Source of the DNA: Dipteris shenzhenensis
Taxonomy: Eukaryota
Assembly: GCA_047967505.1 (NCBI GenBank)
Contig: CM106538.1
Strand: one strand, 5' to 3'
DNA: 64,000 bases
The notes under the pieces were generated by a model. That model ran no database searches. It was given only the letters and a program-made list of their open reading frames with translations, and was not told the origin of the DNA. Below are positions 14,601 to 27,391 of this stretch, piece by piece; the first letter of the stretch is position 1; each line of letters opens with the position of its first letter. Made by a program: the position numbers and the translations under genes.

Positions 14601-15124
14601 GTATGCATAGACATATGGCATTGATTATGAAGAAACATTCAGTCCGGTTGCAAGGATGGCAACCATAAGAGTAGTCATTACTATGGCTACATTAAAGGGA
14701 TGGTCTTTACATCATATGGATGTAAAGAATGCTTTCTTGCATGGTGATTTGCAAGAAGAGGTCTATATGGAGTAGCCACCAGGTTATGTTCATGTGATTC
14801 ATCTTGCGTTTGTTTGCAGGTCAAAGAGAGCCTTGTATGGCTTGAAGCAAGCACCCAGAGCATAATCTGACAAGATAGGATAGTATCTTGTCACTATTGG
14901 TTTTCAGATTTCCAAAAGGCAGATTTCTCACTTTATGTGAGAAAAACAGAGAAAGGCATTATGCTGCTTGTCATTTATGTTGATCATTTGATCATCACAG
15001 GTGATAGTGATGAAGATATCCTTCATGTGAAAATGCTATTGAAGCAGAAGTTTGAGATGAAAGATTTGGGAGAGCTGAGTTACTTCTTGGGCATTGAGGT
15101 GATTAGATCTACAAGTGGGATATG
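11605..15124 (+). pseudogene. Copia gag-pol (gag, PR, INT, 5' RT) of A1, multiple stops
   Basis: KLDKNNFQAWK gag, VDSGASNHM protease, LELVHSDVW and RSDGGGEY integrase, RT ending at YFLGIEVIRSTSGI. Confidence 0.93.
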
Positions 15125-15150
15125 AACACCTATTTCATTAATTTTGGACT
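15125..15150 (+). repeat. Left terminal inverted repeat aacacctatttcattaattttggact
   Basis: Exact reverse complement of 41563-41588. Confidence 0.95.
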
Positions 15151-15479
15151 CGTGCACTGTCCAAATTCATTTTGTGAGATAATTTTGGATAAAACATTTT
15201 AAAAAAAGAGGCTCTTATAAAACAAAACATTGAGTCAAAAAGGAAGATTTTAAAAAATCAAATTAGAAGAAATGACGTGAGATGTTATTAAAACTAGAGT
15301 ACATTAAAAATAGAGGACATCACATTTTTAAAAGAGACAAAAAGTAAGATTTTAAAAAATCAAATTAGAAAAAATGGCGTGACATGTTATTAAAACTAGA
15401 GTACATTTCAAAAAGAGCACATTAAATTTGTACAAGAAGTAGATCATATAACTCAAAGCCATATGGTGTCAAAAAACAC

Positions 15480-15954
15480 CTTAATACATTAGCTCTTCTA
15501 GAAGATCTCATCTTGGTCTCTCTTATCTTCTTAATCACCCAAAGCCTAGAAGATCTCATCATTGGTCTCTCTTATTTTCTCAATAACCCAATCTTTCACT
15601 ACCTCCATAGTTGTATCCTCAACATAAATAATTTCTCTGTGAGGCTCTTATTGTTCTCTCAACATCCGCATCAAATCGCCCATGATGACAGCTGCGATAA
15701 CAAAGGTTACTTAAGAAGTCTAAGAGAGCTTGTCATGCTTTTATCATACGTCTTAAAAGTCTTTCACTCTCTGCTATCTTGAGAGTCTCCTCCCTCTCTG
15801 CGTGCCTTTGTGCATCAAATTCCTCTTTCTCCATGTGTGTCAAAGGAGAACCTTGTCGAATTCTAGCCTCTCTCTATGCTCCTTGGTCAGCAATCCATTC
15901 TTTGAGACTATTAATTCCGAACTCCATGTCTTCAACAATGCTAAGGACATCCAT
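15480..15954 (-). pseudogene. Decayed charged/helical ORF of unknown function inside the TIR element
   Basis: Reads MDVLSIVEDMEFGINSLKEWIADQGA*REARIRQGSPLTHMEKEEFDAQRHAEREETLKIAESERLLRRMIKA*. No family recognised. Confidence 0.3.
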
Positions 15955-15999
15955 GGGTAGGGAAATGATAAAGAAAGGGAGATGGACTACGATGGAAGA

Positions 16000-16845
16000 A
16001 AGAAGAGAGTGTTTGTGGAAGGACTAGGATGGAAGAATACAAGTTAATGAGAAGCACTAGGATGGATGAAAGAAGAGAGTGTTTGTGGAAGAACTAGGAT
16101 AGAAGAATACAAGTTACTAGGATGGATGAAACAAGAGAGTGTTTGTGGAAGGACTAGGATAGAAGAATACAAGTTACTGAGAAGGACTAGGATGTATGAA
16201 ATAAGAGAGTGTTTGTGGAAGGACAAGGATGGAAGAATTCAAGTGCACTAAGGCACGATGTGTTCACTATGATAAGGATAAGGGTTAGAATAAAGTGAGA
16301 GAAGCATTGGTAATAATCTACTTTAAGTGAGTGGAGACTGTCCAACTAAATAAAATTTTGCAAAGCATTGGGAATGATGTACTTTAAGTGAGTGGAGCAT
16401 TGGGAATTGATACTTGCGAGTGAAATATATTACAAGTGAGAGAGAGAGAGAGAGAGCGATAGAAAGTGAGGAAAGACGTAAAGTGAAAGACGAATACAAG
16501 TTAATTAGAAGGACTAGGATGTAAGAAATAAGAGAGTGTCTTGAAGGGATAGAAAGTGAGGGAAGATGTAAAGTGAAAGACGAATACAAGTTAATGACTA
16601 GGATGTAAGAAATAAGAGAGCATTTGTGGAAGGACTAGGATGGAAGAATACAAGTGCACTAAGGCACGATGTGTTCTCTATGATAAGGGTTGGAATAAAG
16701 TGAGAGAAGCATTGGGAATGCTCTACTTTAAGTGAGTCGAGACTGTCCAACTGAATAAAATTTTGTAGAGCATTGGGAATGCTGTACTTTAAGTGAGTGG
16801 AGCATTGGGAATTGATACTTGCGAGTGAAATATATTACAAATATT
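16000..16845. repeat. Purine-rich tandem repeats (~60-bp unit) plus a ~200-bp duplication
   Basis: agagagtgtttgtggaaggactaggat.gaagaatacaag recurs. 16240-16440 is repeated at about 16650-16840. Confidence 0.8.
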
Positions 16846-17182
16846 ACATCATCACATATTCATATCAAATTCTCATCACACAAGATAATATTTCCAAATA
16901 ATCACATCATCACACATTCATATCATAAAATTGTGTGCATGAAATAATTATATAAATATCATTAGTAAATGCCACTTAAGTAATAAGTCACAAATTGGTG
17001 TATAATCAACAAAAACTACAAACACAACATCATACATGCATCACAACTCTTCTGATGCCTCCAATGGAGGCTGTGGTGCTCTAGATGCACACTCAGTCTC
17101 TACTTCTTCTCTCTACTTCTTCTATAGTATGTAGTGCTTTCGGAGTAGACTCAGTATCCTCTTCCTTAAATGCAAGCAGAGG

Positions 17183-19190
17183 CTATGGCAACTCTTTTGA
17201 TGCTTCCAGTGGAGGCTGTGGTGCTGTAGGTGTACACTGAGTCTCTACGTCTTCTGTAGTGTGCAGTGCTTTCATAGTAGACTCAGTCTCCTCTTCCTTA
17301 AATGCAAGCTTTGATATTGCTTTAGTTGCACGTTGTATTCTAATGGCAGCAATTAGGTCTCGAATGATTTTAGCCCTAAACAATTGTATATCCTCCTCTG
17401 AATATTTGAGCTCTAAAGAGTCTTCCGATGAGATCTATGGCTTAAGTGAGAAAATTTCTTTGAAAATCAACATGCGATTGTAGGCAACTCTCCACCCACA
17501 ACTATGTCCATCTTCCTGCTCTACTACTAAATGCTTTTGGAAGTCTACCGAGTCTTTGTATTGTCCTGTTTCTCTGATAGCAGATACCAACTTCTCAATC
17601 AACCTGCTCATCATGACATATTAAAAAAAATTAGTGTGTCTATTACATAAGGTACATAATATAGAAGTAACAATAGATTAATAGAATACTTACATTTGCA
17701 CTGAGCCATGGAAGCCTCCAATCGAGTAACAAACCAACAATAGTTGTCTTCAAGGTCCCAAACCACCAGACTCCAATGCTCCCTACACGAATAATTAAGA
17801 ACCATTATTATTTAACACAATGTTGCCAGTATAAGATGAAAATAAAGGTTGCCATGATACTTACATCTCTTGATATGCCATAAATAGGACTCGCATGCCA
17901 TGTAAATGTAAAGGCTGTAACCATTTACAAACATCGGCCATCATCTTTCTGCTATCGCTAAGTATAGGAGAAAGGAGGGAATCCAACATATACACACGGT
18001 TTTGTACGGCTCTACCAAATCGTGAGATAACTATACTGCACCAACAAATAAATGAATATTAGCTTATTAGATTTAATCAAAATATTGAATTATCAAGCAG
18101 AGAAAAAGTTTGTATAAAACCTAATAATGGCCATCATAACGTTGTTATTGACCTCATTTGAATCTCTAGAGAGGATTGAAATCTCCTCTCTCCCAAATTC
18201 AAGATATTGAGGTCTATGTTGAATCATAACCCTAACATTAAAAGAGCTTCCCAATTCTTCCAATGAAGCCATGTTTGTAGAGTTGAGGTCTTCTATCCCC
18301 TTTGACTCTTTGACAGCATTCATTTCGCACTCCTCTGAGCCATTATCACCTATTTGCCTTGTGGGAGGGTCCATAATGTCGCCCTTAAATGGTACATGTT
18401 ATAAATGCATAGAGATGCAAATCCATATATGTTGATAGTGTTGTGTCATTTTATATCTCAAAAATTTAACCAAGTACCAAAAAGCAATTGTAGCCCACCC
18501 TCCATCCACAATTATAGATGTGGCTATTCTCTTGATGTGATACCTGACATGTTACATACTCTATTTGTTATGCCAAGTCACATTGCCGCATTACTGTGTC
18601 GATAGCACCTACTAACTTTCGAGCTAATCTGCACATCAAAACATATAACAACAGTGAATATGTGCATTGCATATCAATCTACATGTCAAGAAGTGACAAC
18701 AAGTGTAGTCTATACTTACTCTAACATAGTGCCATGGACGGATGTCATTGAGTTGGCAAAGAAGCACTTCTTCGTAAAGATGTCCACGACTACCAGACTC
18801 CAATGTGAGCTGCATTATCAATAAAGAATAATTACTGTGTTTGAGACAATTCTAGCAATGCAATAGAAAAAACAAGTAGGGTTTGATGCTTACTTCTCAT
18901 AATATGCTATAAAAATAACTCGTGCGTCATTCATAGGAACATGCTTCAACCACTTGCAAACATCCTCTATGGTTTCTTCTTTGTTGCTAAGCACTTCCGA
19001 AATACGAGGATCGAGCATACGCTTTGTATATTTTGCAGAAAATTTGCTATAACATTACTATATTTAAAAAAAAAGTATTAGCTTCTTGGGTTTAATCAAA
19101 ATAAGCAAAGTATAAAGCCAAGGAAAAGGCTTCATCAAACCTGAGGATGGTTGTAATGACTTTGACATTAACCTCTTTCTTAGGATTCAA
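17183..19190 (-). pseudogene. Spliced gene with two tandem Ulp1/peptidase C48 (SUMO protease-like) domains
   Basis: Domain 1: SHWSLVVVD..FFANS..HQENSHIYNCGWRV. Domain 2: EHWSLVVWD..EQEDGHSCGWRV. GT-AG introns lie at equivalent positions in both. Approximate exons: 19190-19141, ~19050-18894, 18809-18720, 18628-18121, 18035-17865, 17782-17694, 17603-17183. Contains stops and a frameshift. Confidence 0.8.
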
Positions 19191-20440
19191 GAGGATTGAA
19201 ATCTCTTCCGCCCCCTCCCTCCCTCGACCCCGCCCCCTCCCCTCCCCCCCCCTCCATCCCCTCCCTAGGTCCTGGTGGTCGCGACCGCCAGAACCCCCCC
19301 CTCTCCATCCCCTCCATACCCCCCGCCCCTCCCCCCCCCCATCCCCTCCTTGGGGTCCTGGCGGATGTGACCGCCAGAACCCCCCCTCCCTCCCTCGACC
19401 CTGCCCCTCCCTCCCCCCCCTCCATCCCCTCCTTGGGGTCCTGGCAGCCACGGCTGCCAGGACCCCCCCTCCCGGCCCCACCCCTGCCCCCCCTCCCTTC
19501 CCTTCTTGGGGTCCTCGCAGCCGCGGTTGCCAGAACCCCCCCGCTCCCTCCCTCGACCCCGCCCCTCCCTCCCTCCCCCCCCTCCATCCCCTCCTTGGGA
19601 TCCTGATGGCCGCGGCTGCCAGAACCCCCCCCCTCCCTCCCTCGACCCCCCTCCCCTCCCCCCCTCCATCCCCTCCTTGGGATCCTGGCGGCCGCGACCG
19701 CCAGAACCCCCCCTCCCTCCCTCGACCCTACCCCTGCCCCTCCCTCCCCTCTTTGGGGTCCTGGCGGCCGCAGCCGCTAGAACCCCCCCTCCCTCCCTCG
19801 ACCCGGCTCCCCTCCCCCCCCTCCTTGGGGTCCTAGCGGCCGCGACCGCCAGAACCCCCCCCACCCCCTCCCTCCCCTCCCCCCCCTCCATCCCCTCCTT
19901 CCCCTGGGAGGGTCCTAGCGGCCGCGGCCGCTAGAACCCCCCCCTCCATCCCCCCCACCTCTCCCTCCTGCCCCCCCTCCATCCCTTCCTTCCCATGAGA
20001 GGGTCCTTGCAGTCGTGACCCAGCTCCCCTCCCCCCCCTCCTTGGGGTCCTAGCGGCCATGGCCGCCAGAACCCCCCCCACCCCCTCCCTCCCCTCCCCC
20101 CCCCTCCCTCCCCTCCTTCCCCTGGGAGGGTCCTAGCGGCCACGGCCGCCAGAACCCCCCCTCCATCCCCCCCGCCCCTCCCCCCCTCCATCTCCTCCTT
20201 GCGGCTGCCACCGCAATCGCCAGACATCCCCCCCACCTTTCCCTCCCCTCTCCTCCCTCCATCCACTCCTTGCGGCCGCCACCGCGGCCACCAGAACCCC
20301 CACCCCCCCTCCCCCCTCCCCTCCCCTCCTTGGGGTCCTGGTGGCCGCGGCCGCCAGAGCCCCCCCTCCCTCCCTCGACCCTGCCCTCCACCCCTCCTTC
20401 CCCTCCCCCCCTCGTTCCTCTCCCGTCCTGGCTGCCAAGA
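19190..20440. repeat. GC-rich tandem array (~80-bp unit) with palindromic core and long C-runs
   Basis: Core ggggtcctggcggccgcg(a/g)ccgccagaacccc occurs roughly a dozen or more times, separated by C-rich tracts. Confidence 0.9.
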
Positions 20441-20624
20441 ACCTCTCTCTCTCTAGTTCTCCTCTCTCTTTCTTTCTTTCTCTTTTTTTTTTTTTAAAAA
20501 ATCTAGATAAAGAATTAATCAAAAAAATTTGCAAGTACCTGGAAAAAGTTTGTAAGTTTGCTCTTTCTTGCTTTCTTGCTCTTCCTTCCTTGCTTTCTTG
20601 CTCGTCCTTGCTTTCTTGCTTCAA

Positions 20625-20672
20625 TGAATGAAATGAGGGGAGAATGAATGAAGAAGGAAGACTATATATAAG
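20625..20672 (-). promoter_or_regulatory. Possible TATA box plus pyrimidine patch facing the GC array and Ulp1 gene
   Basis: Minus strand reads cttatatatagtcttccttcttcattcattctcccctc. Pattern only. Confidence 0.25.
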
Positions 20673-21429
20673 AAAAATTAGGTTTTCCTCCTCCTTTCCT
20701 ATTGGCTTTCCATTCCTCCCGTCTCTCCTATTGGCTTTTCATTTCTCCCCTCTCCCATTGGCTCCCATTACTCCCCCTCTCCCATTGGACCCCCAGCCCT
20801 CATCCCAATCTTCCATTAGCCCTCCCCCCATCGATTTCTTCTTCCTCCCCCATTGCCACCACTCCCATCCCACATTTGCACCACCTCCCATACTCCTCCC
20901 ATTTCCCAAAATCCCATATTTCCCCATCTCACCATCCTCTTTTTCATCCCCTATTAACTCCCCTCACTCATTTCACTCCCTTATTATCCTACTCCCCTAT
21001 TACCTTCCCCTCTCCCATTCCATTCTTCCCTCCCCACTCTCACTTCCACTTCCCATTACTCACTTGCCATTTGAAAACTATTAATATATTATTATACTAT
21101 TTTTTATACTTATTATCATACACCCCTATTACTTCCCTCTCCCATTCCACTCCTCCCTCCTCACTCCCACTTCCAGTTCCCATTACTCACTTGCTATACA
21201 CATTTGCAAACTATTAACATATTATTATATGATTTTTTATACTATTTGCAAACTTACATGTGGGCAAAATCACAGGTGTCAAAGCGATCCTATTGTGGTC
21301 ATACAACAACTGTGCTTTTATTCAAGGGCATATTTACCCTCATCAACAAGCTTATTTACTCAAGGTATGAAGTGCATAATTTGTGCACTAGGTGTTTACT
21401 TTGTTGTATCAAAATTGTTTGCCACACAC

Positions 21430-23796
21430 ACACACACATATACACATACCAAGAATTTTCTAATATTATCGCATCTACATTTCTCCTATGGGCACAGAAC
21501 TTTGTACATGCCTCAACCTACATTGTATTGACTTGCATACAAAGTGGTGCACCCATCCCATAAGTACTTGTTCGGATAACACACCTCCAAACGTATTTTA
21601 TGACGATTGTGCATAACACTAGGAACAAAATGGTGTATAATGTGCAATCGACTATGCAAATCATATCCAATGGACACAAGACTTTGCACGTTCCTCAACC
21701 TAGGCAGTATTGACTTGTGTACAAAGTGGCATCCCCATCCAATAAGTACTTGTTTGAAAAATACACCTAGGATCGTGTTTTTTTACGATTGTACATGACA
21801 CCAAGGCCAAAAATGGTATTTAATACTCAATCTACCATGTAAAGCATATCTGATGGGCACAATACTTTGCACCTGCCTCAAAAGTAGTGGTATGGTATTT
21901 CATGCAAAATGGAACACCCATTCAATAAGTACTTGGTATGATAATACACCTATTAAGAGCGTGTTCTTTGACGGATGTGCATAACACTAGGGGGGAAATG
22001 GTGTATAATGTGTGATCCCCCATGCAGAGCATAACCGATAGACACAATACTGTGCATACACATCAACCTAGTTGAAATTGACTTTCTTGCAAAGTGGCTC
22101 CCCCATCTGACAAGTACTTTTTAGAATATCACACCTAGGACCATGTTTTTTATTGGTTGTTGTCCATGACACTAAGGTAAAGACGTTGTTTTATGCTTAA
22201 TTGACAATGCAACGCATATTTGATCATCACAATACTTTGCACACATCTCAACCTAGGTATTATTGACTTACATGCAAAGTGGCGTGCCCATCCCATAAGT
22301 ACTTAGTCAAATAACACATCTAGGACCATGTTTTTTGACGGTTGTGCATGACACTAAGGCCAAAACAATGTTTAATGCTTGTTCGACAATGCAAAGAATA
22401 TCTGATGGGCACAATACTTTGCATGAGTCTCAAAAATTGTGGTATTGCATTGCATGCAAAGTGGTACACCCATCTGATAAGCAGTTGGTCGGATAACACA
22501 CCTAAAACCGTGTTTTTTAACGGTTGTGCATGACATTGAGGCACAAACGAAGTTTAATACGTGATATATCGTGCAAAGTACATCCGATGGGCACAATACT
22601 TTGCACCCACCTCAACCTAGGTGTTATTGAGTTGCATGAAAAGTGGCGTGTGAGTTAGATAAGTACTTGATCCGATAACACACCTAGGACTGTATTTTTT
22701 TACAAATGTGCTTAACACTAAGGCATAAATGGTGTTTTATGCTTGATCAACAATGCAAAGCATATCCGATGGGCACAATACTTTGCACACACCTTCAACT
22801 AGGTGGAATTGACTTACATGCAAAGTGGCATGCCCATCCCATAAGTGCTTGATTGGATAATATACCTAGCAGCGTGTTTTTTTACGAATGTGCATGATGC
22901 TAGAGCAAAAATAGTATTTAATGCTCGGATATCTGATGGGCACAACACTTTTCATACACCTCAACCTAGGTGGTATTGAAATGTTCTCAAAGAGGCACAC
23001 CCATCCAATAAGTATTTGGTTAGACAACATAGCTAAGGGCATGTTTTTTTACAGATGTGCATATAACTACGGGAAAAAAGTTGTACAATGCGTAATCGAC
23101 CATGCAGAGCATATCCGATGGTGACAATACTTTGCACGCATCTCAACCTAGTTGAAACAGACTTGCGTGCAAACTAGAGTGCCCATTCGATAACTACTTG
23201 TGTGATTAACACACTTAGGACCGTGTTTTTTCATGGTTGTGCATGACACTAAGCCAAAAATGGTGTTTTATGCTTGATCGACAATGCAAAGCATATCCGA
23301 TGGGAACAATACTTTGCACACACCTTTAACTAGGTGAAATGGACTTACATGCAAAGTGACACACCCATCCCATAAGTGCTTGATCGGATAACATACCTAG
23401 AAGCGTGTTTTTTTACAGATGTGCATGACACTAGAGCAAAAATAGTATTTAATGCTCGATCGACCATGCAAAGGATATCCGATGGGCACAACACTTTTCC
23501 TACACTGCAACCCAGGTGGTATTGAAATGTTCTCAAAGAGGCACACCCATCCGATAAGTACTTGGTCAGATAACACACCTAAGGGCGTGTTTTTTTGCAA
23601 ATGTACATATCACTAGGGAAAAAACGGTGTATAATGTGTGATTGACCATGCAAAGCATATCCGATGGTGACAATACTTTGCACACACCTCAACATAGTTG
23701 AAACAAACTTCTTGCAAAGTGGAGCCCCCATCCGATAAGTACTTGTTTGATTAACACACCTAGGACCGTGTTTTTTCATGGTTGTGCATGACACCA
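21430..23796. repeat. ~181-bp satellite array, segment 1 (~13 monomers)
   Basis: acacacctag-like anchors at ~23211, 23391, 23571 and 23751. Three monomer subtypes recur with a ~545-bp period. Confidence 0.92.
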
Positions 23797-24691
23797 TGTT
23801 GAGATAGCGAGGTCCACTCACGATATGCCAGGGTGACCGTTGTGCATTTATGTCACCGACTTGTTAGCTGCAGATGCGGTTGGTACACCACCCACAAATA
23901 ATAGCTGGATGACAGCTATCCTTATCTACTCTAGTTTGTGGCTCAGTTAGTATGCCACCTTAGTTAGTTGAGTTTGGTTTGAGACCCACATATAGGGTTC
24001 TTCTATTTCTTTGTACTAGAGTTCTTTTGGCTTTCACAACTAAGAAGAGGAAAACTGTTTTCAGCCTCCACCTTTGTGTGTATTCCCCCATTGTGTAGGT
24101 GAGAAAGCCACAAGTGAGACTCCTTCCCTCTCTCCCATTATCTTCACATGGTATCAGAGCCTTGTTCGTGGTAAGGAGCTCAAGAACGCAAACCACGTTC
24201 GTGGTGTCCTAGTAAGAGGACCAGTGTTGCTTTCCTATTTCGAGTTTGGGAGCAAATCTCTGCAGGTAGCACAGCCAGAAGTGCAAGAGTACACTGTGTC
24301 AGATTGAGACACCCTTCGCGGTGTGGCGAGAGCGCAGTATATGTTGCAGGATAGGGCGATGCCCTGGGTGACTTTATTTTTCTGATTCGAGGCCATTTCG
24401 GAGCCCGTTTTGAAGGCGGAAGTTCTTCATAGGCACTCAGAAAAAGGCCCTATTTTGGCTGTGCGACCACTGCTCGGCTAGTCGATGAAAAGTTGCCACA
24501 GAAATTGCATCGTATGCCTGTGTGCAGAGATATTGGGAGTTGCAGAATCATGCTTGTTGCCTGTTGATGCAAAATCATCACTAGGAAGTGACTGTGTGGT
24601 GAATTACCACTTTCGTCAATTTTGCAGATCTGCCCGTGTGAGGCAAAAGCTGTGTTTTTTACAGTGACAGAATATTTTGCAGTGTTCTGTA

Positions 24692-27391
24692 ATGGCATCT
24701 GATTCTCTTTCACAGATTGTCACTGAAAAGCTTGACAAGAACAACTTCCAGGCATGGAAGTTTAGAATGACGAATTTCCTTATGGGAAAAGGCTATTGGG
24801 AGTTCATTACAGGAAATGAAGAAGAACATGTTCTTCCTAATGTTCCCAATCAACAGGAAATGCAGGCATTTAAAGGATGGCATGAGAGAGCCAGGAAAGT
24901 TATGTACGAGCTGTCTATCAGTATTTTGGACTCTATGATTGTGCATATTCAGGATGCAAGTATGCCAAAGGAGACATGCTATACTTTGGCAAAAATGTAC
25001 AGCACAAATATGCAAGCCAGGAAAATGCAACTCAAACAGGAGTTGCACAATGTGCAGAGAGAAAATTTGAGCATAAATGACTACCACATGAAGGTGAAGA
25101 AAATTGCAGACACACTTGCTTCCATTGGGCCAGTGGAAGATGATGATCTAGTTTCTGTGACCTTGAATGGTCTAGGAAAGGATTATGCACAGTTCCGGAC
25201 ATCCATTGCCATCTGTGAAAAATTTCCTGATTTTGAAGAGTTGTTTGCTCTTCTAATTTGTGAAGAGCAGAGAAATGGGGGTGCATATTCTTCAGGAGGA
25301 ACTTCAAAAGAAACTGTCTTCTACTCAAATGCTAGAAGAGGTAGAGGCAGAGGTAGAGGAGGCCGATCTGCAGGCCGTGGTAGAAATCAAAATATGTAGC
25401 AAACTCAAGAAAACCAGTCCTATGCAGGAGGACGTGGTAACTCTAGAGGCAGAGGGAGCCAAAGAGGCCGTGGTGGATGGCAGAGAGGCCAAAATGCAAA
25501 CAACAATGTTGAATGCTACTATTGTTGCAAAATGGGTCATATGGCTAAGGACTGCTACGAAAAGCAGAATGACATTATGAATGGAAAATTGCAGCAAGGC
25601 AATTATGCATCTTCCAGTAGACAGGGTGATGACAGAAATGAGCATCTACTTATGGTGCAGCATATGACCAACTCTGTGACAAGTGCAGAAGAACGAAATG
25701 ATGTGTGGTATGTTGACTCAGGTGCATCAAACCACATGACAGGTCATGCAGAATGGATGCAAGATGAAGGAAAATGGAAAAGCCATGATTTGTGGAGACT
25801 GGTGATGATAATGCACATCCTATTGTGCAAATTGGTAAAATTCCTTTGTCTATGCAGGATGGGAAAAAGAAATACCTGTCCGATGTATTTCATGTCCCGA
25901 ACATCACCAAGAACCTGGTTTCTGTTGGTCAAATGGTTGAGCAAGGCTTGCAGGTCAGATTTAATCCTCATGGATGCTTTGTTGAGGATATGAAAAATAA
26001 CGGTCGCTTGATAGCAAAAGGAAAGAAGAAGGGCAGGATGTTTACATTGGATGCGGACATGCCTGAATTGAGTGCAGCAATGTTTGCACATGGGACTGGT
26101 GTAGTTGCAGAAATTGATATCTGGCACAAATGCATTGGTCATGTTAATATACAGCGACTTAAATCAATGCAAGCCCAAAATATTGTTGCAGGATTGCCTA
26201 AATTCAAGGTTGCAAAAATGCACAAGGTTTGTGAAGCCTGTCAATTTGGGAAACAGGCAAGGAAACCTTTTCCTAGGCATGTTCAAGAGAGTAAAAAGCC
26301 ATTGGAATTAATCCACTCTGATGTGTGGACTACTAAAGCTGCATCTATTGGAGCCTGTCACTATTTTGTCACATTTATTAATGACTTCAGCAGAAAACTT
26401 TGGGTGTATTTTATGAAAAAGAAAAGTGAATTGTTTGGGCACTTCAAAGCTTTTAAAGCTATGGTTGAAAAAGAAATAGGCCTGCAAATAAAATGCCTAA
26501 GATCAGATGGAGGGGGAGAGGACCTCTCAAATGAGTTTGCAAGGTTCTTGCAGGAGCAGGGTATAAAGCCGCAATATTCATGCAGTCATACCCCACAGCA
26601 AAATGGAATTGCAGAAAGGAAAAATAGGCATATTGGAGAGGTATCTCAGGCCATGCTAAATTAAAAATATCTACCAGATTATTATTGGGCTGAAGCAGTT
26701 GCTACAGTAGTTTATATAATGAACAGGACTCCCACTACAGCAATACATGGCATGACGCCAGAGGAGATGTATACTGGTAGGAAACCAGACATTTCTCATT
26801 TGAAAATTTTTTGTTGCATTGCCTATGTTCATGTGCCAGATGAGTTGAGGTCCAAGTTGGATCCAAAAGCTGAGAAGTGCATCTTTATTGGTTATTCTCT
26901 GCAGCAGAAAGGGTATAGATGCTATAACCCTTCTACACGTAAGTTCACAGTGAGCAGAGATGTTGTTTTTTATGAGATGAGCAGCTGGTATAAACCAGTA
27001 AATGTAATGATTGATGTAGATGCACAAAATGGTAATGCTGCACAGAATTCACAGCAGCAATCACAAAATATTAGTGGACCTGGAGTGTCCTCTAGTAGTG
27101 GTTCACATACTTCGCCATCGACAGGCAGATTGAGATCAGGAGAATCTCCTCAAAGCAATGCAGAGAGTGGTATGCAGGTATCATGAAAAGGAAAAGAGAA
27201 GGTAGATCAGCCCATGTTTGATGTGAATGCAGGTCACTCTTATGTAAATGGTGAATCCAGTGGCTCAGAACAGAGCATTGATGATAAGTTGGGTATTCCT
27301 TCTATTGTTACACCTAGAGTAAGGAAGACCAGGGATGTTTTGAGAGCACCTGGAAGTGAGCCTATTTTGTGCAGGTCTACCAGGGTTAGGT
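24692..27391 (+). pseudogene. Copia gag-PR-INT of A2 (stops, frameshift; RT absent)
   Basis: ORFs 24677-25399, 25532-25993, 25792-26664 and 26719-27186 carry gag, DSGAS and integrase motifs. Confidence 0.92.

Noticed and set aside
19092-20631. Many overlapping Pro-rich and Gly-rich ORFs as extensin-like genes
   Set aside because: They result from stop-free GC repeats that are open in most frames.
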